A stretch of DNA of 53,106 bases, the filler included, from Caldilineae bacterium (GTDB lineage Bacteria; Chloroflexota; Anaerolineae; DTLA01), in NCBI GenBank assembly GCA_037446815.1. It is 21 parts of 21 records of this genome, joined end to end, with 100 filler letters (N's around TTAATTAATTAA, not from the genome) between each part and the next. Parts side by side here need not be neighbours in the genome. Positions count along the whole stretch, not along the records: positions 20,018 to 22,581 come from JBBIHX010000251.1; positions 22,682 to 25,210 come from JBBIHX010000252.1; positions 25,311 to 27,824 come from JBBIHX010000253.1; positions 27,925 to 30,289 come from JBBIHX010000255.1; positions 30,390 to 32,730 come from JBBIHX010000256.1; 16 more parts are not named here. One strand, given 5' to 3'. The notes under the pieces were generated by a model, which saw only the letters and a program-made list of their open reading frames with translations, was not told where the DNA came from and searched no databases. A program made the position numbers and the translations under genes. Within the stretch, counting starts at the first letter, position 1. Each line of letters begins with the position of its first letter. Positions 20,335 to 30,537 of this stretch are shown here, piece after piece.

Positions 20335-21258
20335 ATGGCAGGAACCGTTTATCGCTACGCCGAACTGACCCAACCCCAACTCCTGGCCCTGGACAAGGAG
20401 CACACGCTGGCCGTCATGGCCCTGAGTCCGCTGGAGACCCACGGCCCCCATCTGCCGCTGGGCACCGACGTATTCATCGCCGAGGCGCTGCGCGACCGCG
20501 TCATCCAGAAACTCCAGTCGGCCATGCCCGAATTGGACTATCTCGTCTTCCCCAGCGTGGCCCTGGGCGCCGATCCCATCCCTGCCCCGGGCTCCGTGAA
20601 GATTGACAGCCGCGCGATCCACCTGCTCCTGGTATCCACGGCGGCGAGCCTGGCCCAACTCGGCTTCAAGTGGATGCTGGTAACCGACAACCACGGCGGG
20701 GCGCGACACCAAGCGGCCATTGAGAAGGCCGTCCGCAAGGCGTGGAAGAAGCACCGCTTCGCCCTCATCTGCCCGTTCCTGAACTTCTACCGCCGCATGG
20801 TGGAGCACGACCCGGCGCTGCTGGCAGCCACCGGCACCGGCCCGCGCTCCTGCGGCGACATTGACGACGCCCACGCCGGCACCAACGAGACCTCGCTCAT
20901 GCTGGCCACTGCCCCCGACCGCGTCGCCCCCGACTGGCAGCAGGTGCCCCCGGCCACCATCAACCGCGACAACCGCCTGTATCGCGTCTTGTCGCTGTTG
21001 GGGAGCGTCATCGGCCTTCTGGGCGCGGACACGCTGGGGCGCGACTTGGAGTACATGGGGTCGGGCCTATCGTGGCAGAACGCCAACCCCATGCCGCCCT
21101 ACATGGGCGCGCCCGCCAACGCCGACCCCGAACGCGGCCGGCGCATGTTGGAGGCCCACGCGGAGGAGGCCGTCGCGCAGGTGCGCCGCGCGCTGGAAGG
21201 CCACCCGCCCTTCAGTATGCCGCTCCTCTGGGGGCTGCGCTTCGCCGAGCCTAGTTAG
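20335..21258 (+). CDS. Creatininase/creatinine amidohydrolase family protein
   Basis: ETHGPHLPLGTD, NHGG and HAGTNETS metal-binding motifs; GAGGAGG RBS. Confidence 0.88.
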   Translation: MAGTVYRYAELTQPQLLALDKEHTLAVMALSPLETHGPHLPLGTDVFIAEALRDRVIQKLQSAMPELDYLVFPSVALGADPIPAPGSVKIDSRAIHLLLVSTAASLAQLGFKWMLVTDNHGGARHQAAIEKAVRKAWKKHRFALICPFLNFYRRMVEHDPALLAATGTGPRSCGDIDDAHAGTNETSLMLATAPDRVAPDWQQVPPATINRDNRLYRVLSLLGSVIGLLGADTLGRDLEYMGSGLSWQNANPMPPYMGAPANADPERGRRMLEAHAEEAVAQVRRALEGHPPFSMPLLWGLRFAEPS

Positions 21259-21359
21259 GACTTCGCGCCCAACTGGGACTTTTGTTACTGCCCGAGGCCG
21301 CGCCGATGCGTATAATCGGCGTCGCTGGTGCATAGAATGTTACCCTTTCGGAGGTATCC

Positions 21360-22565
21360 ATGAGCGAACTTTTCGGCAATCAGAAGGAAATGTTGAAGCA
21401 ACTCATCAAGGCGCTGCACCTGGGCGCAGACCCCGAGATGCTCAAGGGCCGCTTCCGCACGCTCCTGGGCGAAATTGGCCCTGCCGACATCGCGCGCGCC
21501 GAGCAGGAACTCATCGCCGAGGGCATGCCGGCGGAGGAGATTCACCGCCTGTGCGACGTTCATCTCGCCGTGCTGCGCGAGGCCGTGGGGAAAGAAAAGC
21601 CCGGCGAAGGCCCCGGCCACCCCATCTACATCCTGCTCAAGGAGCATGAGTACATCAAGGGCGCTGCGAAGGACCTGGCTGAGGTCCTTGCCGTTCTGAA
21701 CCGCGCTGGGGATTGGAGCGCCGTGGAGGGCGACCTGGAGCGACTGGACGCGCTGCTTCGGGACTTCCACGAGTACAACAAGCACAAGGTGCGCGAGGAG
21801 AACTGCCTGTTCCCCGTCCTGGAGAAGCACGGCGTAACCGGCCCGCCGTCCATCATGTGGATGGAGCACGACCAGCAACGCGCCGCCGCCAAGGGCGCCA
21901 CCGACGCCCTGGCCCAGCGCGGCGCGCTGTCCTTCGCCGATTTCAGGGCGGCCATCCTGCCCCACCTGCGGGCGCTGGCCGAGGGCGTGCCCAGCCACTT
22001 CTACAAAGAGGAGAACATCCTGTTCCCCACAGCCCTGCGCGTCATCTCCGAGGACGAGTTCAAGACCATCAAGGCGTCCATGGATGACCTGGGCTACTGC
22101 TACTTCACGCCGCCCGATGCCATCGGCGCGCGCGAAGAACTGCGGGCCGAAGTCGGGGAGGGCGAGATTCGCCTGCCGTCGGGCGCGCTCACGGCGTCCG
22201 AGTTGGAGGCCGTCCTCAACACCCTGCCGGTGGACATCACCTTCGTGGGTGCCGACGACACCGTGCGCTATTTCAGCATGGGCAAGGAGCGTATCTTCCC
22301 CCGGACGCCTTCCATCATCGGGCGGTCGGTGCAGTTGTGCCACCCCCAGAAGAGCGTCCACGTGGTCAACCGAATCCTGGAGGAGTTCAAGGCGGGGCGG
22401 CGAGACGTGGCCGAGTTCTGGATTCAGATGAACGGCCGCATGATTCACATCCGCTACTTCCCCGTGCGCGACGCCGAGGGCCGTTACCTGGGCACGCTGG
22501 AGGTAACCCAAGACATCACGGACATCCAGAAGATCACGGGGCAGAAGCGCCTGCTGGACGAGTGA
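21360..22565 (+). CDS. DUF438 - hemerythrin-like - PAS domain protein
   Basis: RLCDVH, GHP...EH, REEN.LFP, MWMEHD, KEENILFP; C-terminal PAS with CHPQKS. Confidence 0.88.
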   Translation: MSELFGNQKEMLKQLIKALHLGADPEMLKGRFRTLLGEIGPADIARAEQELIAEGMPAEEIHRLCDVHLAVLREAVGKEKPGEGPGHPIYILLKEHEYIKGAAKDLAEVLAVLNRAGDWSAVEGDLERLDALLRDFHEYNKHKVREENCLFPVLEKHGVTGPPSIMWMEHDQQRAAAKGATDALAQRGALSFADFRAAILPHLRALAEGVPSHFYKEENILFPTALRVISEDEFKTIKASMDDLGYCYFTPPDAIGAREELRAEVGEGEIRLPSGALTASELEAVLNTLPVDITFVGADDTVRYFSMGKERIFPRTPSIIGRSVQLCHPQKSVHVVNRILEEFKAGRRDVAEFWIQMNGRMIHIRYFPVRDAEGRYLGTLEVTQDITDIQKITGQKRLLDE

Positions 22566-22682
22566 GGCAGCAGCGGGGGCGNNNNNNNNNNNNNNNNNNN
22601 NNNNNNNNNNNNNNNNNNNNNNNNNTTAATTAATTAANNNNNNNNNNNNNNNNNNNNNNNNNNNNNNNNNNNNNNNNNNNNC

Positions 22683-23867
22683 ATCATCCGCCATCACTTC
22701 GGCCTTCCGGCGGATACCATTGAGCCGACGGTGGAGGGGATTCGGCAAATCTCCGAGGCGGGCGTGCTGGATGTCATCTCCCTGGGCCCCGATCAGGACG
22801 CGCAGGAGAACTTCTTCCACCCGGAGCGCCAGAATCCCAAGCGCAAGGGCGCGGGCGGCGTTCCCTTCCGCACGGAGGAGGATCTTGTCCGCCTGTACGA
22901 GGCATCGCGCTGCGGGAATTATCCCCTCATGCGCTCCTACTCGGGCACGTCGGACTTGTTGGAGTATGCCGAGGTCTTGTGGCGTACCATCCGCAACGCT
23001 TGGTGCGCCACGTCGCTGTTCTGGTTCAACGTGGTGGACGGGCGCGGCCCCCTGAGCCTGCGCGACTCCATCCGCGACCATATGCTCCTCATGAAGTGGC
23101 ACGGCGAGCGGGGCATCCCCGTGGAGGGCAACGAGCCGTACCACTGGGGGCTGCGCGATGGGCACGATGCGGTGGTGTGCGCGGTGTCGTACATTTACGC
23201 CCACGTGGCCAAGGCCATGGGCGTGCGCGAGTACATCAGCACATATATGTTTGAGACGCCGCCCAACACGTCCAACAAGATGGACCTGGCCAAGGCGCTG
23301 GCGCAGATTGAACTGACCGAGAGCCAGCAGGACGCGAACTTCAACGTCGTGCGCCAGACCCGCACAGGGCTGATGAGTTATCCGGTGGACATGGACTACG
23401 CCAAGGGACACCTGGGGTCTTCGGTGTACTTGCAGATGGCGCTCAAGCCCTCCATCGTGCACGTGGTCGGATACTGCGAGGCCAATCACGCCGCCACGCC
23501 CGAGGATGTCATTGAGAGTTGCAAGATGGCGCGACAGGTCATCCAGACGGCGCTGGCGGGCCAGCCGGACATGACCGCCGACCCCGAAGTGCAACGCCGC
23601 AAGGATGAACTGGTGCGCGAAGCGATGGTCATCGTGGATGCGGTGCGGCAACTGGGGAGCGGCGTCGCCGACCCGCTGACGGATGTGGAGGTGCTGGCGC
23701 GGGCGGTGGAGATCGGGCTGCTGGACGCGCCGCAACTGAAGGGGAATCCCCACGCATGCGGGAAGGTGCGCACGCGGCCCATCAACGGCGCTATCGTAGC
23801 GGTGGATGAGGAAGGACGGCCCCTGTCGGAGGCGGAGCGGGTTGCGAAAATCTTCCACTCGTTGTAG
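22683..23867 (+). CDS. Uncharacterised enzyme of a family usually annotated cobalamin B12-binding protein (5' truncated)
   Basis: Frame is open from the contig edge (IIRHHFGLP). Motifs DVISLGPDQ, GAGGVP, GNYPLMRSYSGT and HVVGYCEANHAA recalled from that family. The B12-binding domain itself is not in the window. Confidence 0.65.
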   Translation: MIRHHFGLPADTIEPTVEGIRQISEAGVLDVISLGPDQDAQENFFHPERQNPKRKGAGGVPFRTEEDLVRLYEASRCGNYPLMRSYSGTSDLLEYAEVLWRTIRNAWCATSLFWFNVVDGRGPLSLRDSIRDHMLLMKWHGERGIPVEGNEPYHWGLRDGHDAVVCAVSYIYAHVAKAMGVREYISTYMFETPPNTSNKMDLAKALAQIELTESQQDANFNVVRQTRTGLMSYPVDMDYAKGHLGSSVYLQMALKPSIVHVVGYCEANHAATPEDVIESCKMARQVIQTALAGQPDMTADPEVQRRKDELVREAMVIVDAVRQLGSGVADPLTDVEVLARAVEIGLLDAPQLKGNPHACGKVRTRPINGAIVAVDEEGRPLSEAERVAKIFHSL

Positions 23868-23890
23868 AATGTAGTCGGAACTTCCGACTA
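23842..23890 (+). promoter_or_regulatory. Promoter with perfect dyad operator candidate
   Basis: TTGCGA-N17-TAGAAT (23842-23870) directly followed by TAGTCGGAA-C-TTCCGACTA (23872-23890). Confidence 0.6.
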
Positions 23891-24018
23891 TGAGGTTCTG
23901 CATACAGACGGGCGCCCATTGCGGGGAAAGGAGGTGATGCGCAGAACAGACCGGCGCGAGCGTCTTGGAGCCTATCGGTTATTGGTTCGTTCCGTGAGCA
24001 GCAAGAAGGAGGAAACAG

Positions 24019-25210
24019 ATGGCTAGAGCACGATTCAGGCTTTTCGCGTCCGTTGCGATGTTGGCGATGATCCTGCCACTCATCGTCGCCTGCGGACAGG
24101 CAGGCCCCACACCCACGCCGGAAAAGGTCATCGTCAAAGAGACTGTGCCCGTCAAAGAGACCGTCGTCGTCCAGATTACCCCGACCCCTGGGCCGAAACG
24201 GGGTGGCACCCTCATCGTTGGCTTGATGAGCCCCGTGTTGAGCCTGGACCCCGCCGACTACCGCGACCGCCAGACCGAGACGGTCATCCGCAACATGTTT
24301 GACGGCCTGGTAACCCGCACCAAGGACAACCAGGTCGTCCTGGAGATGGCGCAATCGGCTACGCTGATTGATCCCCAGACGTGGGAATTCAAACTGAAAG
24401 AGGGCATGACCTTCCACAATGGGGATCCTGTAACGGCCGAGGACGTCAAGTTCACCTTTGACCGCATCATCACGGAGAAAGCGATTGAGTATCCAGAGCC
24501 CCACACCGCCGCCCGCAAGGGCCTCATTGCCCCGCTGGAGAGCGTAGAGGTGGTGGACCCGCTCACTGTGCGTTTCCACCTGAAGGCGCCGTGGCCGGTG
24601 TTCATGCAGATGCTGTGCCACCAGCAAATCATCCCGAAGAAGTACTTTGAGTCGGTGGGTGGCACCAAGGGGTTCATTGAGAAGCCCGTTGGGGCAGGGC
24701 CGTTCAAGTTCGTGGAAGGGAAACTGGATGACCAGATCGTGCTGGAGCGGTACGAGAACTACTACGGCGGCGCCGATGACCTGCCGCCCGTTGGGCCGGC
24801 CTTCGCCGACCGGGTGATCTTCAAGATCATCCCCGAGCGGTCCTCCCGCGTTGCGGCGCTGCAGGCGGGCGAGGTGAATATCATCCAGGGCGTGCCCTCC
24901 TACGTCGTGCCGCAGTTGCTCAGCGATCCAAGACTGCAGGTGAAGACCTGCGCCGGCACGCGCCCGCACTTCATGGAAGTGAACGTCAAGCAGAAGCCCT
25001 TTGACGACGTGCGCGTCCGCCAGGCCCTCAACTATGGCATCAACGTGGACCTCATCCTAGCCAAGATTTTGAGCGGCTACGGCGTGCGCCTGCCGGGCAT
25101 CCTGTCCCCATTCAACAACTTTGCGGACCCCAACATCAAGCCGTATCCGTTTGACGTGGAGAAGGCCAAAGCCCTGCTCAAAGAGGCGGGCTACGAAAAC
25201 GGGTTCTCCT
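24019..25210 (+). CDS. ABC transporter substrate-binding lipoprotein, family 5 (peptide/nickel), 3' truncated
   Basis: Lipobox IVACG, GGTL, FHNGDPVTAEDVKFTFDR, GAGPFKF, PFDDVRVRQAL. Confidence 0.92.
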
Positions 25211-25310
25211 NNNNNNNNNNNNNNNNNNNNNNNNNNNNNNNNNNNNNNNNNNNNTTAATTAATTAANNNNNNNNNNNNNNNNNNNNNNNNNNNNNNNNNN
25301 NNNNNNNNNN

Positions 25311-25382
25311 GCTTCGCTTCGCTCGCAATGACACACGAAGAGAGTGCGCATGCGTTTCACCAACACACGATGAAACCGAATC
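25311..25382 (-). mobile_element. Partial MITE, subfamily A left part (inverted)
   Basis: ...TTTCACCAACACACGATGAAACCGAATC; followed by further palindromic repeats to about 25575. Confidence 0.75.
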
Positions 25383-25684
25383 GCGGGCTTGAGATTCCTC
25401 GCCGCTTCGCGGCTCGGAATGGCGGTTCTTGTAACCGCGAATGCGCGCGAATGCACGCGAAGAGGAACGTGCGACGCACCTCCGAGGTGCGTCGCACGTT
25501 GCACCCATCCGTCATTGCGGGCGAAGGGAAGCAAGCCCGGCGATTGCTTCGGGCGCTGCGCGCCTTCGCAATGACACCTCCCTCCCATGCCCGATTTGTT
25601 GTTTTTATCGTTTGGGTGATATAATGTCAAAGGTTCCCTCTGCGGGGATTGCCTCTGACGAGAACGCGGGTGGCGGGAGTACGC

Positions 25685-27824
25685 ATGCCAGGGCTCAGTC
25701 TGGTCAAGAAGACGAAGATTCTCATCCCACGGCGACGCCCGGAGTTCCTGCGCCGCCAGCGGCTGATAGACTTCCTGCACTCCCGCATAGACCGCCGGCT
25801 CCTGCTGGTGTCGGCGCCCGCAGGGTATGGCAAAACCACACTCCTCGTGGATTTCGCCAACGACACCGATTTCCCCGTGTGCTGGTATTCGCTGGACGGC
25901 AGCGCCCAGGAGCCCCGCACGTTCCTGGAACACTTCACCGCCTGCATCCGCCAGCGTTTTCCCGAGTTCGGCTCCCGCACCGTGGAGATGCTGGACAACC
26001 TGACCGACGTGGGCGAAGCGGGGTTGGATGCCATCCTGGTAAGCCTGGTCAACGAGATTCTGGACGAGATTCCAGAGTACTTCGCCATCGTCCTGGACGA
26101 CTTTCATCTCGTGGAGCAGAGCACGGCCGTTACGCGATTCATCACGCGGTTCTTGGAGGACGCGCCGGAGAACTGTTGCCTTATCCTGGCCGGGCGCACC
26201 GTGCCGGGTCGCCTTCCCATCGTGGCCCTGGCCGCCAAGCAGCAGGTGGCGGGCCTCGGCAGCAACGACCTGCGGTTCACCCCCGACGAGATCCAGGCCC
26301 TCGTGCAGCAGATGTACGACGTGCACATCGGCGAGGAGGACGCCCGCGCCCTGGCCCAGGACACCGAGGGCTGGATCACGGGCATCCTCCTGTCCACGCA
26401 CCAGTTGTGGCAGGGCCTGATGGAGGGGCTCCTCCGCGGCAGAGGCACCATGACGGTGTACGACTACCTGGCCAGCGAGGTCTTCAGCAAGCAAGACCCG
26501 AAGGTCCAGGAGTTCCTGCTGGGGACATCCATCCTAGACGACATGACGCCGGAGTTGTGCGATGCCGTGCTGGGGACCAACAACTCGTGGGCGGTGCTGA
26601 ACCTCCTGGAGGAGCGCAACCTGTTCCTGAACCGACTGGGGACCGAGGGACATTGGTATCGCTATCACCGCCTGTTCCAGGGGTACCTGGTGTCGCGCCT
26701 CCAGCGGGAGCAGCCGGCGCGGTACGCGGAACTGCATCGTCGGGCGGCGGCCTACTGGGAAGGCCAGAACGACCTGCCGCAGGCCATTTCGCATCTCCTG
26801 TCGGCGAACGAATACGCGGCAGCGGCGGATCGCATGGAGCGCATCGCCAGCGCGATGATCGCGGCGGGGCGGCACATGTGGCTCATGCAGTGGCACGAGA
26901 CGCTGCCGCCCGAAGTCTGGCGCGCGCGCCCGTGGCTCCTGGTGCACACGGCGAAGGCCTATGCCCAGTACGGCCAGGCCGACATGGCTCTCTCCCTGCT
27001 GGACGCTGCCGAGAGCGCGTTCCGCCAGGCGACAGACGCCAAAGGGACTGTGAACGTGGCGGTGCAGCGCGGGACCATCTTCCGGCTTCAAGGCCGCTAC
27101 AGGGACGGCGCGGAGGAGTGCGGGCGCGCGGCAATGCTCGCCTCGCAGATGGATACGCCCACGGTGGCCGAACTGGAGCGGTGCTGGGGCATCTGCCTGG
27201 GCCAGATGGGGCGCTTGCAGGAGGGCGTGGAGCACCTGGAACGGGCGCTGCAATTGCACCTCATCTCCGGCGGGGAATTCAACGCAGCCCTGGCGCGCAC
27301 GGATTTGGGCGCGTTCCTGGAGCGCATGGGGCGGCTGGAAGATGCGCTGGAGCATTTTGAGAAGTCGGCGGCGGTGCTGAGGCGCGCCCGAAACCCGAGC
27401 GAGCTGGCCAATACGCTCAACTCCATGGGCGTCATCTACTACTACCGCGGCGAGTACCAACGGGCGCGGGAGACGTTGCAGGAAGCGCTGCAGGCGGCCC
27501 GCGAGGCTGGGAGCGGACGCTGGACCGCCTACATCCTGGCCGGCCTGGGCGACATAGAGCGCGACAGTGGCAACTCCGCCGAAGCATTGGATCACTATCA
27601 GAAAGCCCTGGCCCTGCTTGACGAAAGGCGGGAAGGGTTCCTGACCATGTACATCCACGCGGCCCAGGCGGAACTGTATGCCGCCCTGGGCGAGCCGCTC
27701 CGCGCGCACGACCTGGCGCGGCAAGCACGGGAACAGGCCGAAGCGCACCGCTCGTCCTACGAGCAAGGCCTGGCGGGCGTAGCCATGGGCCTCGCGTGGC
27801 TGGGTCGGGATGCGGCCCGGGCGG
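25685..27824 (+). CDS. MalT-like STAND ATPase/TPR transcriptional regulator, 3' truncated
   Basis: APAGYGKTT, VLDDFH, DLRFT, TEGW, WYRYHRLF, then TPRs; the DNA-binding domain is not in the window. Confidence 0.9.
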
Positions 27825-27924
27825 NNNNNNNNNNNNNNNNNNNNNNNNNNNNNNNNNNNNNNNNNNNNTTAATTAATTAANNNNNNNNNNNNNNNNNNNN
27901 NNNNNNNNNNNNNNNNNNNNNNNN

Positions 27925-28007
27925 GAAGCAATCCCACGCCCTGGAGATTGCTTCGGGCACTGCGTGCCCTCGCAATGACGGGTACCAACAGACTTTGGAA
28001 CCGTGTC
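27925..28007 (+). mobile_element. Partial MITE, subfamily A right part
   Basis: CTCGCAATGAC...ACCAACAGACTTTGGAACCGTGTC. Confidence 0.8.
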
Positions 28008-28024
28008 AGGCAACGCGCCAGGCG

Positions 28025-29902
28025 CTACTCCAGGAACCCAGGCGCGTACAACGCGATGGTGAGAAACGCATCTGTCGCGCCGAACACAAGATACGCCGCC
28101 AGGAGCGAGCGAGCCTCGGCGCGCCGCACGTACAGCGCCATGACCCCCAGCGCCGCGCCCAGGATGGCAACCGGCAGCCCGATGACCAGCACATTTGCCC
28201 ACGCGGGCGACAGTCGCTCCGAGAACGGCGGGAACGCCAGCAAATCAGGCGGAAGCAGGAAGAACTTGGCGGGCACGTACAGGAGCACGGCGACGGCCAA
28301 AGCAACGCGCGGCCCACGGAACCGCAGGCTCCCTTCGGCAGTGGCGACGAGGTACGCCACAATCCACACCAGCGGCGCCAACAGCGCGAGAAAGGCCATG
28401 GGGAACAGACTCACGGCCTCCACGATTCGCCAAAGCCCTTGCAGGAGCGCATCCCCTATGTCGCGAACCGTCAGCCTCCCCAACGCCGCCCGCGTCTCCG
28501 GTGCGGTGCCCGCGTAGTAGACCGTGTACCGCCGCACGCCCCCCGGCTCCAGCCACGCCAAATGCAGATGGCCGCGCGCGTCCGCCGCGAGGGTCGGGCG
28601 GATGGCCTGAGTCGTGGCCCGCCCTGCGATCTGGTAGCCCTTGATGGCGTCGCCGGACAAGTAGGCCACGCCGACAACCAGGTTTTGGCTGCGCTTGGTG
28701 GCGGTGAGAACGACCACGCTCACCGCCAGTTCGTCGCCCGACCCGGCCGCAGGCGCGGGCGAGTGCACGGCCATGCTGTTGATGCCCACCAGTTGGGTGT
28801 AGCGCGGCGGCATGCTTGCCCCGGGCATTGTCGTGCGGATTGCCGGCAGCGGCCCGTACACCTGCACCAGCGTATGCTCATCCCGCACGGGTTCGGCCAG
28901 CGCGCTGTATGCATACGCGCCTGTCGCCGGCGCGTATGTGGGGCGCGCGATGATGGGCACGTTCAGCACCCGCTCCTCCGATGGCTGGCCGCCTTCCGCC
29001 AGCGGCAAGGCCGCGTAATGGCACTCTCCCTCGCCCGCCTCGGGCGCCGACAGCAGGTAAATCGGCGCAACCAGTCGCTCCCATGCCCAGAACACATAGG
29101 CGTGGGACCGGGTCAGCGCGACCTCCGGCCCGTAGATGCGCACCTTGCTGCCCCCGACGAACGTCCCCACCTCGCGCGGGGACTCCAATTCCCGCGTGTC
29201 GGGGTCAAAGCGCGTGTAGAAGACGTGCTCCTCGCCCGGTCTCGGCTCGTAAATCCAGGCAAGGTGCGCGTCGTTGTCGTCGCCCATCGCCGCGTCGGGG
29301 CTGATGCCGCCGGGCACAATGCGCGTGCAGGGAGTCGCCGGTATGCCCGTTGAGTCCAGGCGCACGTGGTAGATGCCCCGCGCCTCCCCTGGGCTTTCGT
29401 GGCTCCAGAACAGTTCAATGCCGCTTGGCCCTGTCGCCACGGCGAAGGCGTCGGCCTCGGGCGCGGACGCCGATGCCAGCGCGGGCGTCCCCAGCGGCTC
29501 GCCCGAAGCATCCAGCCGCGCCGCCAGGACGCGCCGCTCGGCGCCCGTCCCGTTCAGCCACAGGAGCAGCAGGCCACCCCGCCCATCCGACGTGAGCCGC
29601 ACGTTGCGCGGCGAGTGCACCGCGAAGGGCAGGATGCGATTGCGCACGATTCGGGCCTGGGCGTCCAGTTGCACGTAGCGGATTCCGTCGCCTTCGGGCG
29701 AGACCTCGCCCCACGCCAGGTGAACGGCGCTACCGTCCGGCGCAGCGTACAGGGCCACGGGGGCGTTGAACGAGGTTGCGCCAATGGCCAGGCCGCGGCT
29801 CCAGTCGGCGCACGCGCGCGGGCTCCGCACCGGCCCGCCGCAACCCGTCAGCAAGACTGCCAGCGTGAACAAGATGGCGACGCGAACAGACATCCTCGCC
29901 AT
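28025..29902 (-). CDS. Hypothetical lipoprotein-like protein with beta-rich domain and C-terminal TM bundle
   Basis: Lipobox-like LLTGC, repeated HLAW/LLLW/LFW beta motifs, about 5 C-terminal TM helices; GGGGAGG RBS. Confidence 0.75.
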   Translation of the reverse strand: MARMSVRVAILFTLAVLLTGCGGPVRSPRACADWSRGLAIGATSFNAPVALYAAPDGSAVHLAWGEVSPEGDGIRYVQLDAQARIVRNRILPFAVHSPRNVRLTSDGRGGLLLLWLNGTGAERRVLAARLDASGEPLGTPALASASAPEADAFAVATGPSGIELFWSHESPGEARGIYHVRLDSTGIPATPCTRIVPGGISPDAAMGDDNDAHLAWIYEPRPGEEHVFYTRFDPDTRELESPREVGTFVGGSKVRIYGPEVALTRSHAYVFWAWERLVAPIYLLSAPEAGEGECHYAALPLAEGGQPSEERVLNVPIIARPTYAPATGAYAYSALAEPVRDEHTLVQVYGPLPAIRTTMPGASMPPRYTQLVGINSMAVHSPAPAAGSGDELAVSVVVLTATKRSQNLVVGVAYLSGDAIKGYQIAGRATTQAIRPTLAADARGHLHLAWLEPGGVRRYTVYYAGTAPETRAALGRLTVRDIGDALLQGLWRIVEAVSLFPMAFLALLAPLVWIVAYLVATAEGSLRFRGPRVALAVAVLLYVPAKFFLLPPDLLAFPPFSERLSPAWANVLVIGLPVAILGAALGVMALYVRRAEARSLLAAYLVFGATDAFLTIALYAPGFLE

Positions 29903-30062
29903 ATTGCCCTCCCCTATGTTCATATCCCGGGGCTGACACGCTCCCTAACAATACTACGTGAGCAGCGGCGGCGAGGTTCACAGGGCGGAACGGAACAACC
30001 AAGAGTCTCCCAGGGAAGAATGGTGCTTTCGGCGAGGGCGCACGGGGCGCCGGAAGAGGCCC

Positions 30063-30289
30063 GGGTAAGGGCGACGCTCCCTCGCCCGCAGCAATCTGTC
30101 ATTCTGAGCGGCGAAGCCGCGAAGAATCTCGCTGCCCGAGATGCTTCGCCTTCGGCTCAGCATGACAGAAGTGGGGAGGCGGCGCGCGGGGCAGACCAAC
30201 ACAAGATGGAACCGACTCAGGGTAAGGGCGACGCTCCCTCGCCCGCAGCAATCTGTCATTCTGAGCGGCGAAGCCGCGAAGAATCTCGC
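30063..30289. repeat. Duplicated composite repeat containing an inverted MITE B left end
   Basis: GGGTAAGGGCGACGCTCCCTCGCCCGCAGCAATCTGTCATTCTGAGC... occurs twice around a TIR that ends at 30218. Confidence 0.8.
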
Positions 30290-30413
30290 NNNNNNNNNNN
30301 NNNNNNNNNNNNNNNNNNNNNNNNNNNNNNNNNTTAATTAATTAANNNNNNNNNNNNNNNNNNNNNNNNNNNNNNNNNNNNNNNNNNNNAACCGACGGGT
30401 GCTCTTGCCGGAG

Positions 30414-30442
30414 TTGACAACCCGGCGCGAATGGTGTATACT
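30414..30442 (+). promoter_or_regulatory. Strong sigma70 promoter
   Basis: TTGACA-N17-TATACT. Confidence 0.8.
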
Positions 30443-30467
30443 GGCATAGAACATAGGTTCTATGCCA
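30442..30467. promoter_or_regulatory. LexA (SOS) box, GAAC-N4-GTTC type
   Basis: TGGCATAGAAC-ATAG-GTTCTATGCCA with perfect 11-bp arms, overlapping the expected transcription start. Confidence 0.8.
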
Positions 30468-30537
30468 CGCGGCGCTCGGAGTCGTCTCCGCTCACTTCGC
30501 CTCGCCCGACGCCGTGTACCATGCAGGGAGGCGACCA

